The notes under the pieces: model-generated
Seen by the model: only the letters and a program-made list of their open reading frames with translations
Databases searched by the model: none
What the model was told of the DNA's origin: nothing
Shown here: one piece after another, positions 41,581 through 51,704 of the stretch
Layout of the letters: each line of letters starts with the position of its first letter
How positions within the stretch are numbered: position 1 is the first letter of the stretch
NCBI GenBank assembly: GCA_963761305.1
Contig: CAVXGK010000001.1
Coordinates: 576,001-640,000, forward strand
Direction: 5' to 3'
DNA from: an uncultured Gemmatimonadaceae bacterium
GTDB taxonomy: Bacteria; Gemmatimonadota; Gemmatimonadetes; Gemmatimonadales; Gemmatimonadaceae
DNA: 64,000 nucleotides
Program-made: the position numbers and the translations under genes

Positions 41581-43188
41581 TTAAGATTTCGACGGCTGGT
41601 CCAGGTCGGCGCTCGGGATGGCCGGTACGCGGAGGCGGAACGTGCTCCCGCCGCCCGGCCGGTCTTCGAGATCCAAACCGCCGCCCTGTGCCGCCGCGAC
41701 TCCGCGGGCGATCGAGAGGCCGAGACCAGCGCCGCCCACGTCCGGAAACCCCGATCGTCGATAAAACGCCTCGAAGATTCGCTCGCGCTCGGCGCGTGGT
41801 ACGCCCGGTCCGCGGTCGGACACCGAGAATACGAGCCACTCGCCGTCCCCTTCCAACGACGCGGTGAGATCGATCGGCGTTCCGGGCGGCGAATACTTCG
41901 CCGCGTTGTCGATCAGATTCACCACGGCGCGCAACGTCTCCGAGAAGTCGAACCGGCCAAAGAGCAGCGCCTCGCTCGAGTCCGTGGCCACACGCAGCTC
42001 GCGTCCGGCGAGCCTGCCGGTCACCTGCTGCGCCGCCGCGCCGAGGAGATCCTCGGCTTCGTTCGGCTGGATGTTGGGAGCCGCCGTGCCGGTCGTGATG
42101 CGCGAGAGGTCGAGCATCTGCGCGACGAATCGCGTGAGTCGATCGGCCTCCTCCTCGATCACGTCCGCCCGCTCGTCGCCACCGGCGGCGATCTCGTGCG
42201 CCAGGCCCTTGATCGTCGTGAGCGGCGTGCGCAAATCGTGCGACACCGACGCGAGCACCGCGTCCTTGGCGCGATGCGCCTCCTGGAGCACCCGTGCCTG
42301 CTCGGCGTCGGCGACGAGCCGCGCGCGTTCGATACCCAGCGCCGCATAGTACGAGAGCGCGTCGAGCACACGGATCTCGGCGGCGCTCGCCGAGAGACCG
42401 GCGGCGCGCGCGATCCGCAGCACGCCGACAGTTCTGCCGCGCGCTTGCAGCGGCCGAACGAACGCTCGCAACCGCGGCTGCGCGCCGTCGTGAATCGTGA
42501 GCAGATCGGGCGACGCGTCGACGGTGGACGTGCCATCCACGAATTCGGCGGCGCTGCGCCCTTCGCGCGCCGCCCACTCGACGAGCGGATGCTCGACGTC
42601 AGAGGCGTCGGACGGCTCGCCCGACTGCGCCGCCAAACGAACGGCGTTCGTGGCTGCGTCGGTGGCGTAGAGGCTGGACTGATCGAGCGCGAGCGACGTG
42701 CGGATCACCGACGCGATGGCGACGAGCGCGTCTTCTGCGCGGGCCGTGCTCAGCGTCTCGGCGCCGAGCGCTGCGAGTCGGTCCATCTCCACCGCCCGCT
42801 GGCGCGCGTCGGCCGCCTCCGCCTGCGCGCGATAGAGCAGTTGTGCCGACAACACGCCCGTCGTGAGGAATGCCAGGAGCACCAACCAGTTGAGCGGGTC
42901 CTGGACGGTGAGCCTCCCGAAAGGCGGGAGGAAGAAATAGTCGAAGCTGAGAAACGCGACCGACGCGAGCGCAATTCCGAGCGGTCGTCCGCGCCGCGCG
43001 CTGCCGCCCTGCACGACGAGCAGGTAGGCGAGCGAGATGTAGGTGGCGTTCAGGTGCGTGCGAACGGAAACGAGAAACGCAGTGACGATCGCCAACAAGG
43101 CGAACCAGGCGACCCACTCGAGCCACGGCCGATCTTCGCCGCCACCTCCAGGGGCGCGCCGCACGTGGTGGCCGCGCGGTTCGTTCAC
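41581..43188 (-). CDS. kdpD: KdpD-like sensor kinase (DUF4118 TM-GAF-HisKA-HATPase; no N-terminal KdpD/Usp domains)
   Basis: FDYFFLPP, SHDLRTPL, NLIDNAAKY, DRGPG, GAGLGL. Confidence 0.82.
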   Translation of the reverse strand: MNEPRGHHVRRAPGGGGEDRPWLEWVAWFALLAIVTAFLVSVRTHLNATYISLAYLLVVQGGSARRGRPLGIALASVAFLSFDYFFLPPFGRLTVQDPLNWLVLLAFLTTGVLSAQLLYRAQAEAADARQRAVEMDRLAALGAETLSTARAEDALVAIASVIRTSLALDQSSLYATDAATNAVRLAAQSGEPSDASDVEHPLVEWAAREGRSAAEFVDGTSTVDASPDLLTIHDGAQPRLRAFVRPLQARGRTVGVLRIARAAGLSASAAEIRVLDALSYYAALGIERARLVADAEQARVLQEAHRAKDAVLASVSHDLRTPLTTIKGLAHEIAAGGDERADVIEEEADRLTRFVAQMLDLSRITTGTAAPNIQPNEAEDLLGAAAQQVTGRLAGRELRVATDSSEALLFGRFDFSETLRAVVNLIDNAAKYSPPGTPIDLTASLEGDGEWLVFSVSDRGPGVPRAERERIFEAFYRRSGFPDVGGAGLGLSIARGVAAAQGGGLDLEDRPGGGSTFRLRVPAIPSADLDQPSKS

Positions 43189-43195
43189 GCTACGT

Positions 43196-43891
43196 TCACG
43201 GTTCGTTTTCGAACCGATACCCGACTCCCGGTTCGGTCACGATCAGACGCGGGCGAACGGGGTCCGACTCGAGCTTTCGTCGCAGGCTGCGCACGTGCAC
43301 GCGGAGGTACTGCTGCATGTCGCCCGAGGAATTCCCCCACACGGCGCGGAACAGCTGCTGGTGAGTGAGCGTGCGGCCGGTGTGCTTGAGCAGCGTTCGC
43401 AGCAGCTCCCACTCGGTTTTCGTGAGGTGCACCGGCACGTCGCCCTTTTTCGCCGACGGCTTCACCGGGTCGAGCACGAGGTCGCCGATCGTGATCACTT
43501 GTCCCGCGCCGGCCGCGGGCGCGAGTCGAGAGCGACGCAATTGCGCGCGCATGCGGGCCTGCAGTTCGCCCGGACTGAACGGCTTGGTCATGTAGTCGTC
43601 GGCGCCCGCGTCGAGGAGCGTGACCTTCTCCTGGTCGGAGTGGCGCGCCGAGAGCACGATGATCGGCACTTGCGACCACGCGCGAATCTCACGGCAGACT
43701 TCGACGCCGCCCGCGTCGGGGAGGCCGAGGTCGAGGACGATGAGCGCGGGTCGCTCGGCCGCGGCGAGATCGATCGCCTCGCGCGCGGTTGCCGCCTCGA
43801 TGACCCGCGTCGTATCCGACGCGAGCACGTTGCGGACGACCCGCCGAATCTGCGGTTCGTCATCCACGACAAGCACCACGTCGTTGGCCAT
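43196..43891 (-). CDS. kdpE: KdpE-like OmpR-family response regulator
   Basis: VDDEPQIRR, LDLGLPD, IRAWSQVPII, YLRVHV..LRRKLE.DP..P..IVTEPGVGYRF. Confidence 0.9.
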   Translation of the reverse strand: MANDVVLVVDDEPQIRRVVRNVLASDTTRVIEAATAREAIDLAAAERPALIVLDLGLPDAGGVEVCREIRAWSQVPIIVLSARHSDQEKVTLLDAGADDYMTKPFSPGELQARMRAQLRRSRLAPAAGAGQVITIGDLVLDPVKPSAKKGDVPVHLTKTEWELLRTLLKHTGRTLTHQQLFRAVWGNSSGDMQQYLRVHVRSLRRKLESDPVRPRLIVTEPGVGYRFENEP

Positions 43892-44064
43892 CCGTGAAGT
43901 CTGACCGCACTACGACTCGGCGGCAACGGCGCGCGGTTTGCTCAGCTATGCACCTGTTAACGCCGGCACGGCTCAATCGTCCCACCAACCGGGGGCACGG
44001 GTTGCCGAGCGATCGGACCGTGACACGAGGCACAACCCACTCGCAAGACGCAGGGAGGAAAACG

Positions 44065-44289
44065 ATGAAGATGCTTCTGTTGGCGGCCGGCTTGACCGGC
44101 ACGATGGCGTTTACGCCTGTGACACTCGAACCGCATCCGCACATTCACGGCGCGATCGTCGAGCTCGAAGCGGCTCGCAACGAGTTGAAGACGGCGGCCC
44201 ATGACTTCGGCGGCCACCGCGTCGAAGCCATGAGGGCGATCGACGGCGCGCTCAAGCAGCTCCGACTCGCGCAGCAGTTCGACAAGTAG
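44065..44289 (+). CDS. Small secreted His-containing helical protein
   Basis: GGAGG RBS, signal peptide, EPHPHI..AAHDFGGHRVEA; followed by terminator. Confidence 0.75.
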   Translation: MKMLLLAAGLTGTMAFTPVTLEPHPHIHGAIVELEAARNELKTAAHDFGGHRVEAMRAIDGALKQLRLAQQFDK

Positions 44290-44292
44290 TCG

Positions 44293-44348
44293 TCGCACGA
44301 AAGCAAAACGGCGGCGGACTTCGGTCCGCCGCCGTTTTTTTCGTGCGA
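44293..44348. terminator. Bidirectional intrinsic terminator
   Basis: aaaacggcggcggac-ttcg-gtccgccgccgtttt between convergent genes. Confidence 0.9.
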
Positions 44349-44359
44349 GGTCGCCGCCG

Positions 44360-45625
44360 CTACGGCGCCACGAACAGCTGGACCAGATGCACCAGCGTCT
44401 CGGTCGTCTTCTCGAGCCCGCGGCGTGAATTGAATTCCAGCTTGCTGTGGAAGTTGTAGCCGCCCGTGAAGATGTTCGGGCACGGCAGGCCGCGGAACGT
44501 GAGCTTGGATCCGTCGGTGCCGCCGCGGATCGGTTTGATGAACGGTGACAACCCGGCGCGCCGCGCGGCGTCGAGCGCGTTGGCCGTGAGCTCGGGTCGT
44601 GACTTCAGCACCTCTTTCATGTTCTTGTAGTTCTCTTTGACGTCGATCGTCACGGTCACGCCTGGACAATGGCGCTCGGTTTCCAGCGCCATCGCGCGCA
44701 GGACGCGCTCCTTTTCGTCGAGCCCCTTCACCTCGAAATCGCGCAGCAACACCTTGACGATCGACTGCTCGACGTCCGCGACGCCCGCGTACGGGTGCAC
44801 GAACCCGACGCGGTCTTCCGTCGTCTCGGGGAGCATCTCCTTGGGCATGCGCCCGACAAAATCGCCCAGCGCGTAGATCGAGTTGACCATCACGCCCTTG
44901 GCCGTTCCGGGATGCGTGTTCTTCCCTTGGAACGTCACCGTTGCCAGTCGCGCGCTCCACGTTTCGTCGCTGATCTCGCCCAGCTCGCCGCCGTCCACCG
45001 TGTAGCCCACCTCTGCGCCGAAACGATCGACGTCGAACTTGTCGATACCGCTTCCGATCTCCTCATCGGCGGTGAAGCCGACCTTGATCGTGCCGTGCGG
45101 GATGTGTGGATTGCGGAGCAGCGTGTCGACCAACGTCATGATCGCCGCCACGCCGGCCTTGTCGTCGGAACCGAGGAGCGTCGTACCGTCGGTCGTGATG
45201 ATGTCGTCGCCGACCATCGTGGCGAGCGCCGGATTCTGCGCGACCGTCAGCACCTGTGTGCGATCGCCGGGGAGCGTGATGTCGCCGCCCCGGTAGTTCT
45301 TGTGAACCATCGGTTTGACGGCGGTGCCGCTGACCGCGGGCGACGTGTCGACGTGCGCGAGCAGTCCGAGCACCGGCGTCGCCTTGGCGCGCGCGCCGCT
45401 GACGGTCGCCGGGATCGTCGCGTACACCATACAGTGGTCGCTCACCGACACGTCGCGTGCGCCGAGCGACGAGAGCTCTTCGGCGAGTTGTCGCGCCAGG
45501 GTCCACTGCGTGGCCGTGCTCGGCGTGGTGGCCTCGTCCTCGCGCGACTGTGTGTCGACGCGCGCGTAACGGAGGAACCGGTCGACGACGGATTCCTGAG
45601 GAGGTTGCATCGATTGGTCGCTCAT
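44360..45625 (-). CDS. pepT: Peptidase T (tripeptide aminopeptidase)
   Basis: RFLRY..VDTQS, AHVDTS, TDGTTLLGSDDKAG, DEEIG, PIRGGTDG. Confidence 0.95.
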   Translation of the reverse strand: MSDQSMQPPQESVVDRFLRYARVDTQSREDEATTPSTATQWTLARQLAEELSSLGARDVSVSDHCMVYATIPATVSGARAKATPVLGLLAHVDTSPAVSGTAVKPMVHKNYRGGDITLPGDRTQVLTVAQNPALATMVGDDIITTDGTTLLGSDDKAGVAAIMTLVDTLLRNPHIPHGTIKVGFTADEEIGSGIDKFDVDRFGAEVGYTVDGGELGEISDETWSARLATVTFQGKNTHPGTAKGVMVNSIYALGDFVGRMPKEMLPETTEDRVGFVHPYAGVADVEQSIVKVLLRDFEVKGLDEKERVLRAMALETERHCPGVTVTIDVKENYKNMKEVLKSRPELTANALDAARRAGLSPFIKPIRGGTDGSKLTFRGLPCPNIFTGGYNFHSKLEFNSRRGLEKTTETLVHLVQLFVAP

Positions 45626-45694
45626 GACGCTCAGAGCTACGCGGAGCGCCGCGCGGAATCAACCCTCATTGGGTTTCGCGTTACCTTCCGGGCC

Positions 45695-46255
45695 ATGGAT
45701 GTCATCGACGCAATACGCACACGCCGTTCGATCAAGCGATTCACCGACCAGCCGGTGTCGCGCGAGCAAATCGAAGCGATCCTGGACGTCGCGACCCTCG
45801 CTCCGAACCACCGTCTCACACAGCCGTGGCGATTCTACGTGCTGGGTCCCGCTGCGCGGCACGCCTACGGCATGGCCCTCGGCGAACGCAAGGCGCGCAA
45901 GCAGCCGGATCCGGAGAGCGGCCGCGCGCTGCGCGATACAGTGGCGCGCGAACACCTGGCGCTGCCCGGCATGATCGCCGTGGCGCTGGTCGAAAACGGC
46001 GACGCGGAGATCGCCAAGGAGGACTACGCGGCCGCCATGATGGCCGTCCAGAACCTCTCGCTCGCGGCGCTCGACCTCGGGCTCGGCACGCACATCAAGA
46101 CGGGCGGAGTGATGGACGACGCCGCCGCTCGATCCGCGGCGGGAGTCGCCGAGAACGAGCGAATCGTGGCCATCGTGAACGTCGGCGTGCCGGCCGATGT
46201 GCCGCCCGGAAAGAACCGAACGGCTGCGAAGGCGCTGACGACCTGGCGGGACTGA
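45695..46255 (+). CDS. Nitroreductase family protein (YdjA-like)
   Basis: AIRTRRSIKRF, APNHRLTQPWRF, QNLSLAA..LGLG. Confidence 0.9.
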   Translation: MDVIDAIRTRRSIKRFTDQPVSREQIEAILDVATLAPNHRLTQPWRFYVLGPAARHAYGMALGERKARKQPDPESGRALRDTVAREHLALPGMIAVALVENGDAEIAKEDYAAAMMAVQNLSLAALDLGLGTHIKTGGVMDDAAARSAAGVAENERIVAIVNVGVPADVPPGKNRTAAKALTTWRD

Positions 46256-46271
46256 GGGCGACCCTCAGCCG

Positions 46272-47375
46272 TCAGCGACCTATCCGATTGAACGGCTCGT
46301 TGCCGATCGCGTACTCCTTCCACCCGTTGAAATCGAAGTGCCACCACTCCGTGGGATTCACCGTGAATCCCTGCTCCTCCATCGCCCGGCGGAGCAGAGC
46401 GCGATGCCAGCGCTCGAGCGACGTGCCGCCCGGATAATCGGCATAGGCGCGATCGGTGCTCTCGTCGTAGGTGCTCGGCATGTCCACCGGCCGGCCCGTC
46501 GACAGCCGGTACAGCGTGAGATCGACCGCGGCGCCTCGGTTGTGTTTCGAGCCCTCGTCGGGATTCGCCACCAGCCAGCGCTTGTCGGCCGGCGTCGCGT
46601 CCCAGAACATCTTGGTCACGTACCACGGCCGATACGCATCGTGGATCAGCAGACCATAGCCGAGCGGCTCGAGTGAGCGGTGCGCGCGAGCGACGGCCTC
46701 CGCCGCCGGCCGCTGCATGAACGCGCGCGGCTCGTCGTAGAAGCGCGAGCCGAGGAAGTTGTTCGTCGTCGCGTAGCGGACCTCGAGCTTGATCCCCGGC
46801 TCGAGCGCCGTGAGCTCGACGAGATCAGACTTCTTGAACGTGCCCGATTCGTGCGGCGGCGACGCGGCGAGCGCTTCGCGGCGCAGTTCCTCGACGGGCC
46901 GGACGGGCGCGACGCGGAGCTGATTCGTTCCCGCGGCCGGCTCGATCTCGCGGCGCGCGAACCGCTCGCCGCCAACGATCAGTGCGCGCGCACGGTCGCC
47001 GCGGTCCACGACGAACGAGATCGCCGCTGCGCGCCGGCCGAGCACACGCTCTTCGTTCCCTCCCCCGGGCGCGACCTCGAATTCGGTCGCGCCCCGTTCG
47101 GTCAATCGGAGCGCGTGGTGGTTCGTGTCGGCGATCCAGAGATCACCGCCGTCCTCGAGCACGAGTCGCATGCCGACGGGCGTGTCGTACTCGCCGATCA
47201 GGCCGCGCCAACGTGGCGGCGCCGCCGGCGGCGCGGGCGGCATCTCCAGCTCCCGCCGCGCGACGGCCCGCGCGTTCACCGGCCGACGAACGGCGGGCGC
47301 GCACGCGGCAAGCGTCGCCGCCGTGGCGAGCAGAATGCCTCGCCATCTGAGAACCGCCATCTGCGCCATGGTCAA
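46272..47375 (-). CDS. D-Ala-D-Ala dipeptidase (M15D, VanX/DdpX-like) lipoprotein with N-terminal extension
   Basis: RYATTNNF, DAYRP, SKHNRGAAVD, EWWHF. Confidence 0.88.
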   Translation of the reverse strand: MTMAQMAVLRWRGILLATAATLAACAPAVRRPVNARAVARRELEMPPAPPAAPPRWRGLIGEYDTPVGMRLVLEDGGDLWIADTNHHALRLTERGATEFEVAPGGGNEERVLGRRAAAISFVVDRGDRARALIVGGERFARREIEPAAGTNQLRVAPVRPVEELRREALAASPPHESGTFKKSDLVELTALEPGIKLEVRYATTNNFLGSRFYDEPRAFMQRPAAEAVARAHRSLEPLGYGLLIHDAYRPWYVTKMFWDATPADKRWLVANPDEGSKHNRGAAVDLTLYRLSTGRPVDMPSTYDESTDRAYADYPGGTSLERWHRALLRRAMEEQGFTVNPTEWWHFDFNGWKEYAIGNEPFNRIGR

Positions 47376-50300
47376 CGACGCTCCGTCTCTGACAGTCGCG
47401 CCAGCCGCTTGCGAACCTCGGCAACCTGCGGCTGGAATTCAGGTTCGGCGTCCTTCCAGAAGTCGACGAACGCCTGATAGTGCTTCACGGCGCGATCGCG
47501 GTCGCCCTTCGCTTCATACAGCTCGCCGAGGCGGCGTTCGATCGGCGCACGGAACATGTCGTAGCTCACGCGGAACATGTAGGTGCTCGCGCTCGACTTC
47601 TCGTAGTACTTGATCGCCGAATCAGGTTGATTCGCCTTGTCGTAGGTTCGGCCGACCAGCGTGTAGGTGCACAGGTCGCAGTCGTCGAGCGGACCATCGG
47701 GGAGGCTGTCACCCTTCCACAGATATTGAGTCGCCTCCGCCGGATGCCCTTCGGCCAGAGCAACTTCCCCGAGCACGCGATTCAGTCTGGGTAACTCGGC
47801 ACGCAGCCTCGACGTATCGCGAACGTCGCCGCTTCGTTGCGCAAGGATCGTCCTCGCTCTGTCCGCGCGGCCGGCCTGCGCGTAACCCTCAGCGACGCCG
47901 AGATAATCACGATCCGACTCGGCCGCGGACTTGATCGGGCTGATCGTCAGAGCGGAGTCGAGATGCGACACGGCGGGAACCGGGCGGTCGAGCGCGACGT
48001 TCATTGCCGCGACGTATTCCGCTTCTTGAATCGCGTTGGGCGGCAGGCCGGCCGAAGACGCGAATGCATTGAACGCCACGATTTTTTGTAGCGCCTCGCG
48101 AGGCCGGCCGCGCAACATCGCAGCCTGCGGCGCGTATAGCATCGCCTGTCCGCGCGTCTGCATGTCCCCGTGCGCCGCGAGCGAGTCCAGCACGTGCGTC
48201 ACCGCCGCGACGTCGCCGGACACTTCGTCGAGCACCATCTTCACCATCAGGAGATCCCCCGTCCGCGTCGGCGAGTCCGACTTTTTGATCGCATCGACGA
48301 CCAGGCGTCGGGCAGACGGCAAATGCCCGGCGTCGACCTCCGCGTCGACGAGATTGTCCAGTCCAACGCGCGCAGTGCCCGGAAAACGGGCCGTCGCCGC
48401 CAGCACCGACTCGGCGTCGGCCCACCGCCGCTGCGAGATCAGAACGAGGCCATAGTTGTTGAGGGCGACTTCGCTGTCGCCCGAGGCCAGCATCTGCTGA
48501 TAGGCCTCCGCGGCGCGGGCGCGGTCGCGGCCAGGCCCGGACAGGTAATACGAGCCCGTCGTCATCTCGCGTTCGCGCGCCGTCAACCGATCGCGGTGAA
48601 TGAATGCGTGCGTGAGCGCTGAATCGACGAGGCTCTGCGGGTAGGCCCCATTCATCGCGACATACGCGACACCGAGTTTGCGCCACGCCATCGCGAATCC
48701 GCTGTCGATTCGCACGGCGGCCTTCAGCTTGTCGATCGCGCTCGGCAGGTCGCGGAGGATGTCGTACGCGCGCACGCCCTCGGAGTAGAGACGCAACGCC
48801 TCGAGCGACGGGGTGGTGACCTGATCGAGCGTCGGCGCGTTTTGGACGGATCGGAGCGACTCGCCAATGCGTTCACGCAGGTCGCGGCCCACTCTGTCGG
48901 CGGCGGCGATCAAGTCCGTCGGCGAGGCGGCGACCTGCTGAACCCGCGCCAGCACCGCGCCCGAATCCGCCGACACGAGACGAACCGTGATGGCGTAGCC
49001 GTTGCCCAGCGCCGCGACGTCGCCGTCGACGATCGCCTTGGCGCCTTCGCGCTGCGCGACGTCGCGCGCCAGGGCAAGGTCGAGACGCACACCCGGAGGC
49101 TTCTGCATTCTCTGAAGCGCGCCGGCGACCGCCGCCGGCGCCATCAACGTCACCGCGTTGGACTGGGCCAAACTCGCGCGAATCGCCTCGGCGACCACGC
49201 CGCCGAGCGTGCTGTCGCCCTTCGTCACCGCGAAGTCGGTGACGAGCAATCGCTCGCGCGCCGAGATGCGCCCCGCGGCGAGGAGTGAACCCGCCGGACC
49301 GATGCCGAGCGCGCGCAGCACCATGAACGCCGCGACGACTGCGACGAACGCACCAAAGGCCAGCAATCCGCCTCGTGTCGTGCGCCGCCAACTGACGTGC
49401 GGGCTCGCCTTCATCGCGATCGTCGCCAGCGTCGAGTTGGGCGACGGCGTTCCGCCAGGCGTGAGCGTTGGCGTGCGCATGAGCGCTTGATGCGCCGTCC
49501 TCTGCACGAACGCGGTGAACAGAATGACGGGCAGTCCGAGTCCGGCGATGACCAGCGCGCCGGGAAGCACCCACGACGGCAATCCGATGCCGACGATGGA
49601 CGCTTTGGCGAGAATCCACGCGGCGACGAACACGGCCACCCAAACCATGAGCGCCGTGCCGGTCTTCACGCGACCGCCGAGGAGCACCGCCGACGCCGCG
49701 GTCGTGTTGCCGCTCGTCGTCGACAGCGATTCCAGCGCGCGAACGACGTCGGCCGCACTCGTTGGCCGCTGTGAGGGCTCCTTCTCGAGACACCGCATCA
49801 CCAACTCGGCGAGGAGCGGCGGCGTGTCTCGCCGGAGCGATGAGACGTCTTGCGGATGTTCGCCCATGTGCGCCGCGAGCAGCTTCTGCGGCGACGGAGC
49901 GACGAACGGCGGACGACCCGTGAGCAGCTCGTACGCCACGCAGCCGAATGAGTAAAGATCGGCGCGGGCGTCAGTCGCGGGATCGGCGGCGGCCTGCTCC
50001 GGCGCCATGTATGTCGGCGTGCCGAGCGACGTGCCGACCTGCGTCAGCGATCCGCGCGTCGTGCCGACGTCGCCCGCGGTGCGCGACGCCGAAAGGGCTT
50101 TGGCGATGCCGAAGTCGGTGACGACGGCGGTGCCGCCGGTGAGGAGCACGTTGTCCGGCTTGATGTCCCGATGCACGACGCCGCTGTCGTGCGCGTACGC
50201 GAGCGCTTTGGCGACCTCGCGCAGCGTGCTTACGGCCTCGCCGATCGGAAGTGGTCCCCTCGTTACGCGCTGGCGAAGCGACTCCCCTTGCACGAACGGC

Positions 50301-50575
50301 ATGGTGAACCAGGGCACGCCGTCCATCTCGCCCGAGGCGAGCACCGGGACGATGTGCGGATGCTGGAGGCCGGCGGCGACGAGAATCTCCCGTCGAAAGC
50401 GCTCGACGTTGACGCCTGCAATCAGTTCCGGCGGCAACACCTTGATCACGACGTCGCGCCGCAACGCCGTATCGCGCGCCACGAAGACGCGCGACATACC
50501 ACCGCCGCCGAGCTCGCGTTCGATCGTGTACGCGCTACCCAGCGCAGCCTGAAGGTGGTCGCGGAGGTCGGTCAC
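47372..50575 (-). CDS. Hanks-type Ser/Thr kinase with TM segments and TPR-like C-terminus
   Basis: GGGGMS, VIK, HRDIKPDN, DFG, GTPTYMAPE. Confidence 0.93.
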   Translation of the reverse strand: MTDLRDHLQAALGSAYTIERELGGGGMSRVFVARDTALRRDVVIKVLPPELIAGVNVERFRREILVAAGLQHPHIVPVLASGEMDGVPWFTMPFVQGESLRQRVTRGPLPIGEAVSTLREVAKALAYAHDSGVVHRDIKPDNVLLTGGTAVVTDFGIAKALSASRTAGDVGTTRGSLTQVGTSLGTPTYMAPEQAAADPATDARADLYSFGCVAYELLTGRPPFVAPSPQKLLAAHMGEHPQDVSSLRRDTPPLLAELVMRCLEKEPSQRPTSAADVVRALESLSTTSGNTTAASAVLLGGRVKTGTALMVWVAVFVAAWILAKASIVGIGLPSWVLPGALVIAGLGLPVILFTAFVQRTAHQALMRTPTLTPGGTPSPNSTLATIAMKASPHVSWRRTTRGGLLAFGAFVAVVAAFMVLRALGIGPAGSLLAAGRISARERLLVTDFAVTKGDSTLGGVVAEAIRASLAQSNAVTLMAPAAVAGALQRMQKPPGVRLDLALARDVAQREGAKAIVDGDVAALGNGYAITVRLVSADSGAVLARVQQVAASPTDLIAAADRVGRDLRERIGESLRSVQNAPTLDQVTTPSLEALRLYSEGVRAYDILRDLPSAIDKLKAAVRIDSGFAMAWRKLGVAYVAMNGAYPQSLVDSALTHAFIHRDRLTAREREMTTGSYYLSGPGRDRARAAEAYQQMLASGDSEVALNNYGLVLISQRRWADAESVLAATARFPGTARVGLDNLVDAEVDAGHLPSARRLVVDAIKKSDSPTRTGDLLMVKMVLDEVSGDVAAVTHVLDSLAAHGDMQTRGQAMLYAPQAAMLRGRPREALQKIVAFNAFASSAGLPPNAIQEAEYVAAMNVALDRPVPAVSHLDSALTISPIKSAAESDRDYLGVAEGYAQAGRADRARTILAQRSGDVRDTSRLRAELPRLNRVLGEVALAEGHPAEATQYLWKGDSLPDGPLDDCDLCTYTLVGRTYDKANQPDSAIKYYEKSSASTYMFRVSYDMFRAPIERRLGELYEAKGDRDRAVKHYQAFVDFWKDAEPEFQPQVAEVRKRLARLSETERR

Positions 50576-50663
50576 GACGATTGATTTTGGGGAACGAGGG
50601 AGGGCACGTGGAAGCTATGGTTGGGCCGCAATGCTGTCGAGGCGTCGAGCCGTCAAGACCTCC

Positions 50664-51590
50664 TCAGCGTCGTGTCGAACGCTCGACGTCGAGCCTCAGC
50701 AGTTCCGGACGATGATAGTGGCCGCTCACGTCGAGCGTCATACGCTCCTCGCGCACTCGCCCAAGGTCGATGTCGTGCACGATCAGTCCCGGCCGATCGA
50801 AGCACGGCTCGACGACATAGCGCCCATCCGGGCCGATGATCGCGCTGCCGCCGCGCAGCACCCAATCGCTCGGCGACCGCACCTTGTCTTCGTGCGGCTC
50901 GAGCTCCGCCGGCAGCGCCGACGCACGCATCAGAGAGCCCGCGGCCAGCACGAAACAGCGCCCCTCGAACGCGTAGTGCCGGCTGGCGACTTGCAGCATC
51001 TCGTGCGCGGTCGGCCAGAGCGCGACGTGAATGTCTTCGCCCGAGTCGTGCATCGCCTGTCGCGCGAGCGGCATCCAATGCTCCCAGCAAATGAGCGCGC
51101 CCACGCGCCCGACGCGCGTTTGCACGGCGGCGAGTCCATCCGCATCGCCAAGTCCCCACACCAGTCGCTCGGTGTAGGTCGGCACGAGTTTGCGATGATG
51201 ATTCACCAACCGGCCGTCGGCGTCGAACGTGAGCACGGCGTTGTAGAGCGTGCCGTGCGATGGGCCGTTGTCGACGCGCTCCGTCACGCCGATGACCAGC
51301 ACGACCCCGTTCTCCTTGGCCGCTGTGCTCAGCGTCTCGGTGGCCGGTCCCGGAACGACGACGCTCTCCTCGGCCATGCGTCGAAAAACCCGCTTCACCG
51401 GTTCGTGATCCCACAGCGCGACGTCGCGGCAGACGTCGAGCCACACGGGATAACCGGGAAGCCAGCTCTCCGGAAACACGACGAGCGAAGCGCCGGCGTC
51501 GTGTGCCTCGCGGATCGACCGCAGCGTCGCCGCGAGACCGGCGTCGAGCGACGGTTGGACTTCGGCTTGGACGATGGCGACTCGTGTCAT
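50664..51590 (-). CDS. Nitrilase (carbon-nitrogen hydrolase)
   Basis: FPESWLPGYP, HRKLVPT..ER.VWG.GD, LICWEH (E-K-C triad). Confidence 0.92.
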   Translation of the reverse strand: MTRVAIVQAEVQPSLDAGLAATLRSIREAHDAGASLVVFPESWLPGYPVWLDVCRDVALWDHEPVKRVFRRMAEESVVVPGPATETLSTAAKENGVVLVIGVTERVDNGPSHGTLYNAVLTFDADGRLVNHHRKLVPTYTERLVWGLGDADGLAAVQTRVGRVGALICWEHWMPLARQAMHDSGEDIHVALWPTAHEMLQVASRHYAFEGRCFVLAAGSLMRASALPAELEPHEDKVRSPSDWVLRGGSAIIGPDGRYVVEPCFDRPGLIVHDIDLGRVREERMTLDVSGHYHRPELLRLDVERSTRR

Positions 51591-51642
51591 GCCGCGAAGT
51601 TACGCGGGACGCGGGCTCGGCAACACGTCTTCGCCTGGCGAC

Positions 51643-51686
51643 AAAGCGAAAGCCCCGGCGCTCGCGCGAATGCGAGCGCCGGGGCT
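51643..51686 (-). terminator. Intrinsic terminator after VOC gene
   Basis: 15-bp stem agccccggcgctcgc/gcgagcgccggggct then TTCGCTTT. Confidence 0.7.
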
Positions 51687-51704
51687 GTGCCCAACGTCGG
51701 CCGT

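Noticed and set aside
41520..41581. c-di-AMP (ydaO) riboswitch before the KimA-like gene
   Set aside because: The spacer is only about 60-80 bp and lacks recognisable motifs.
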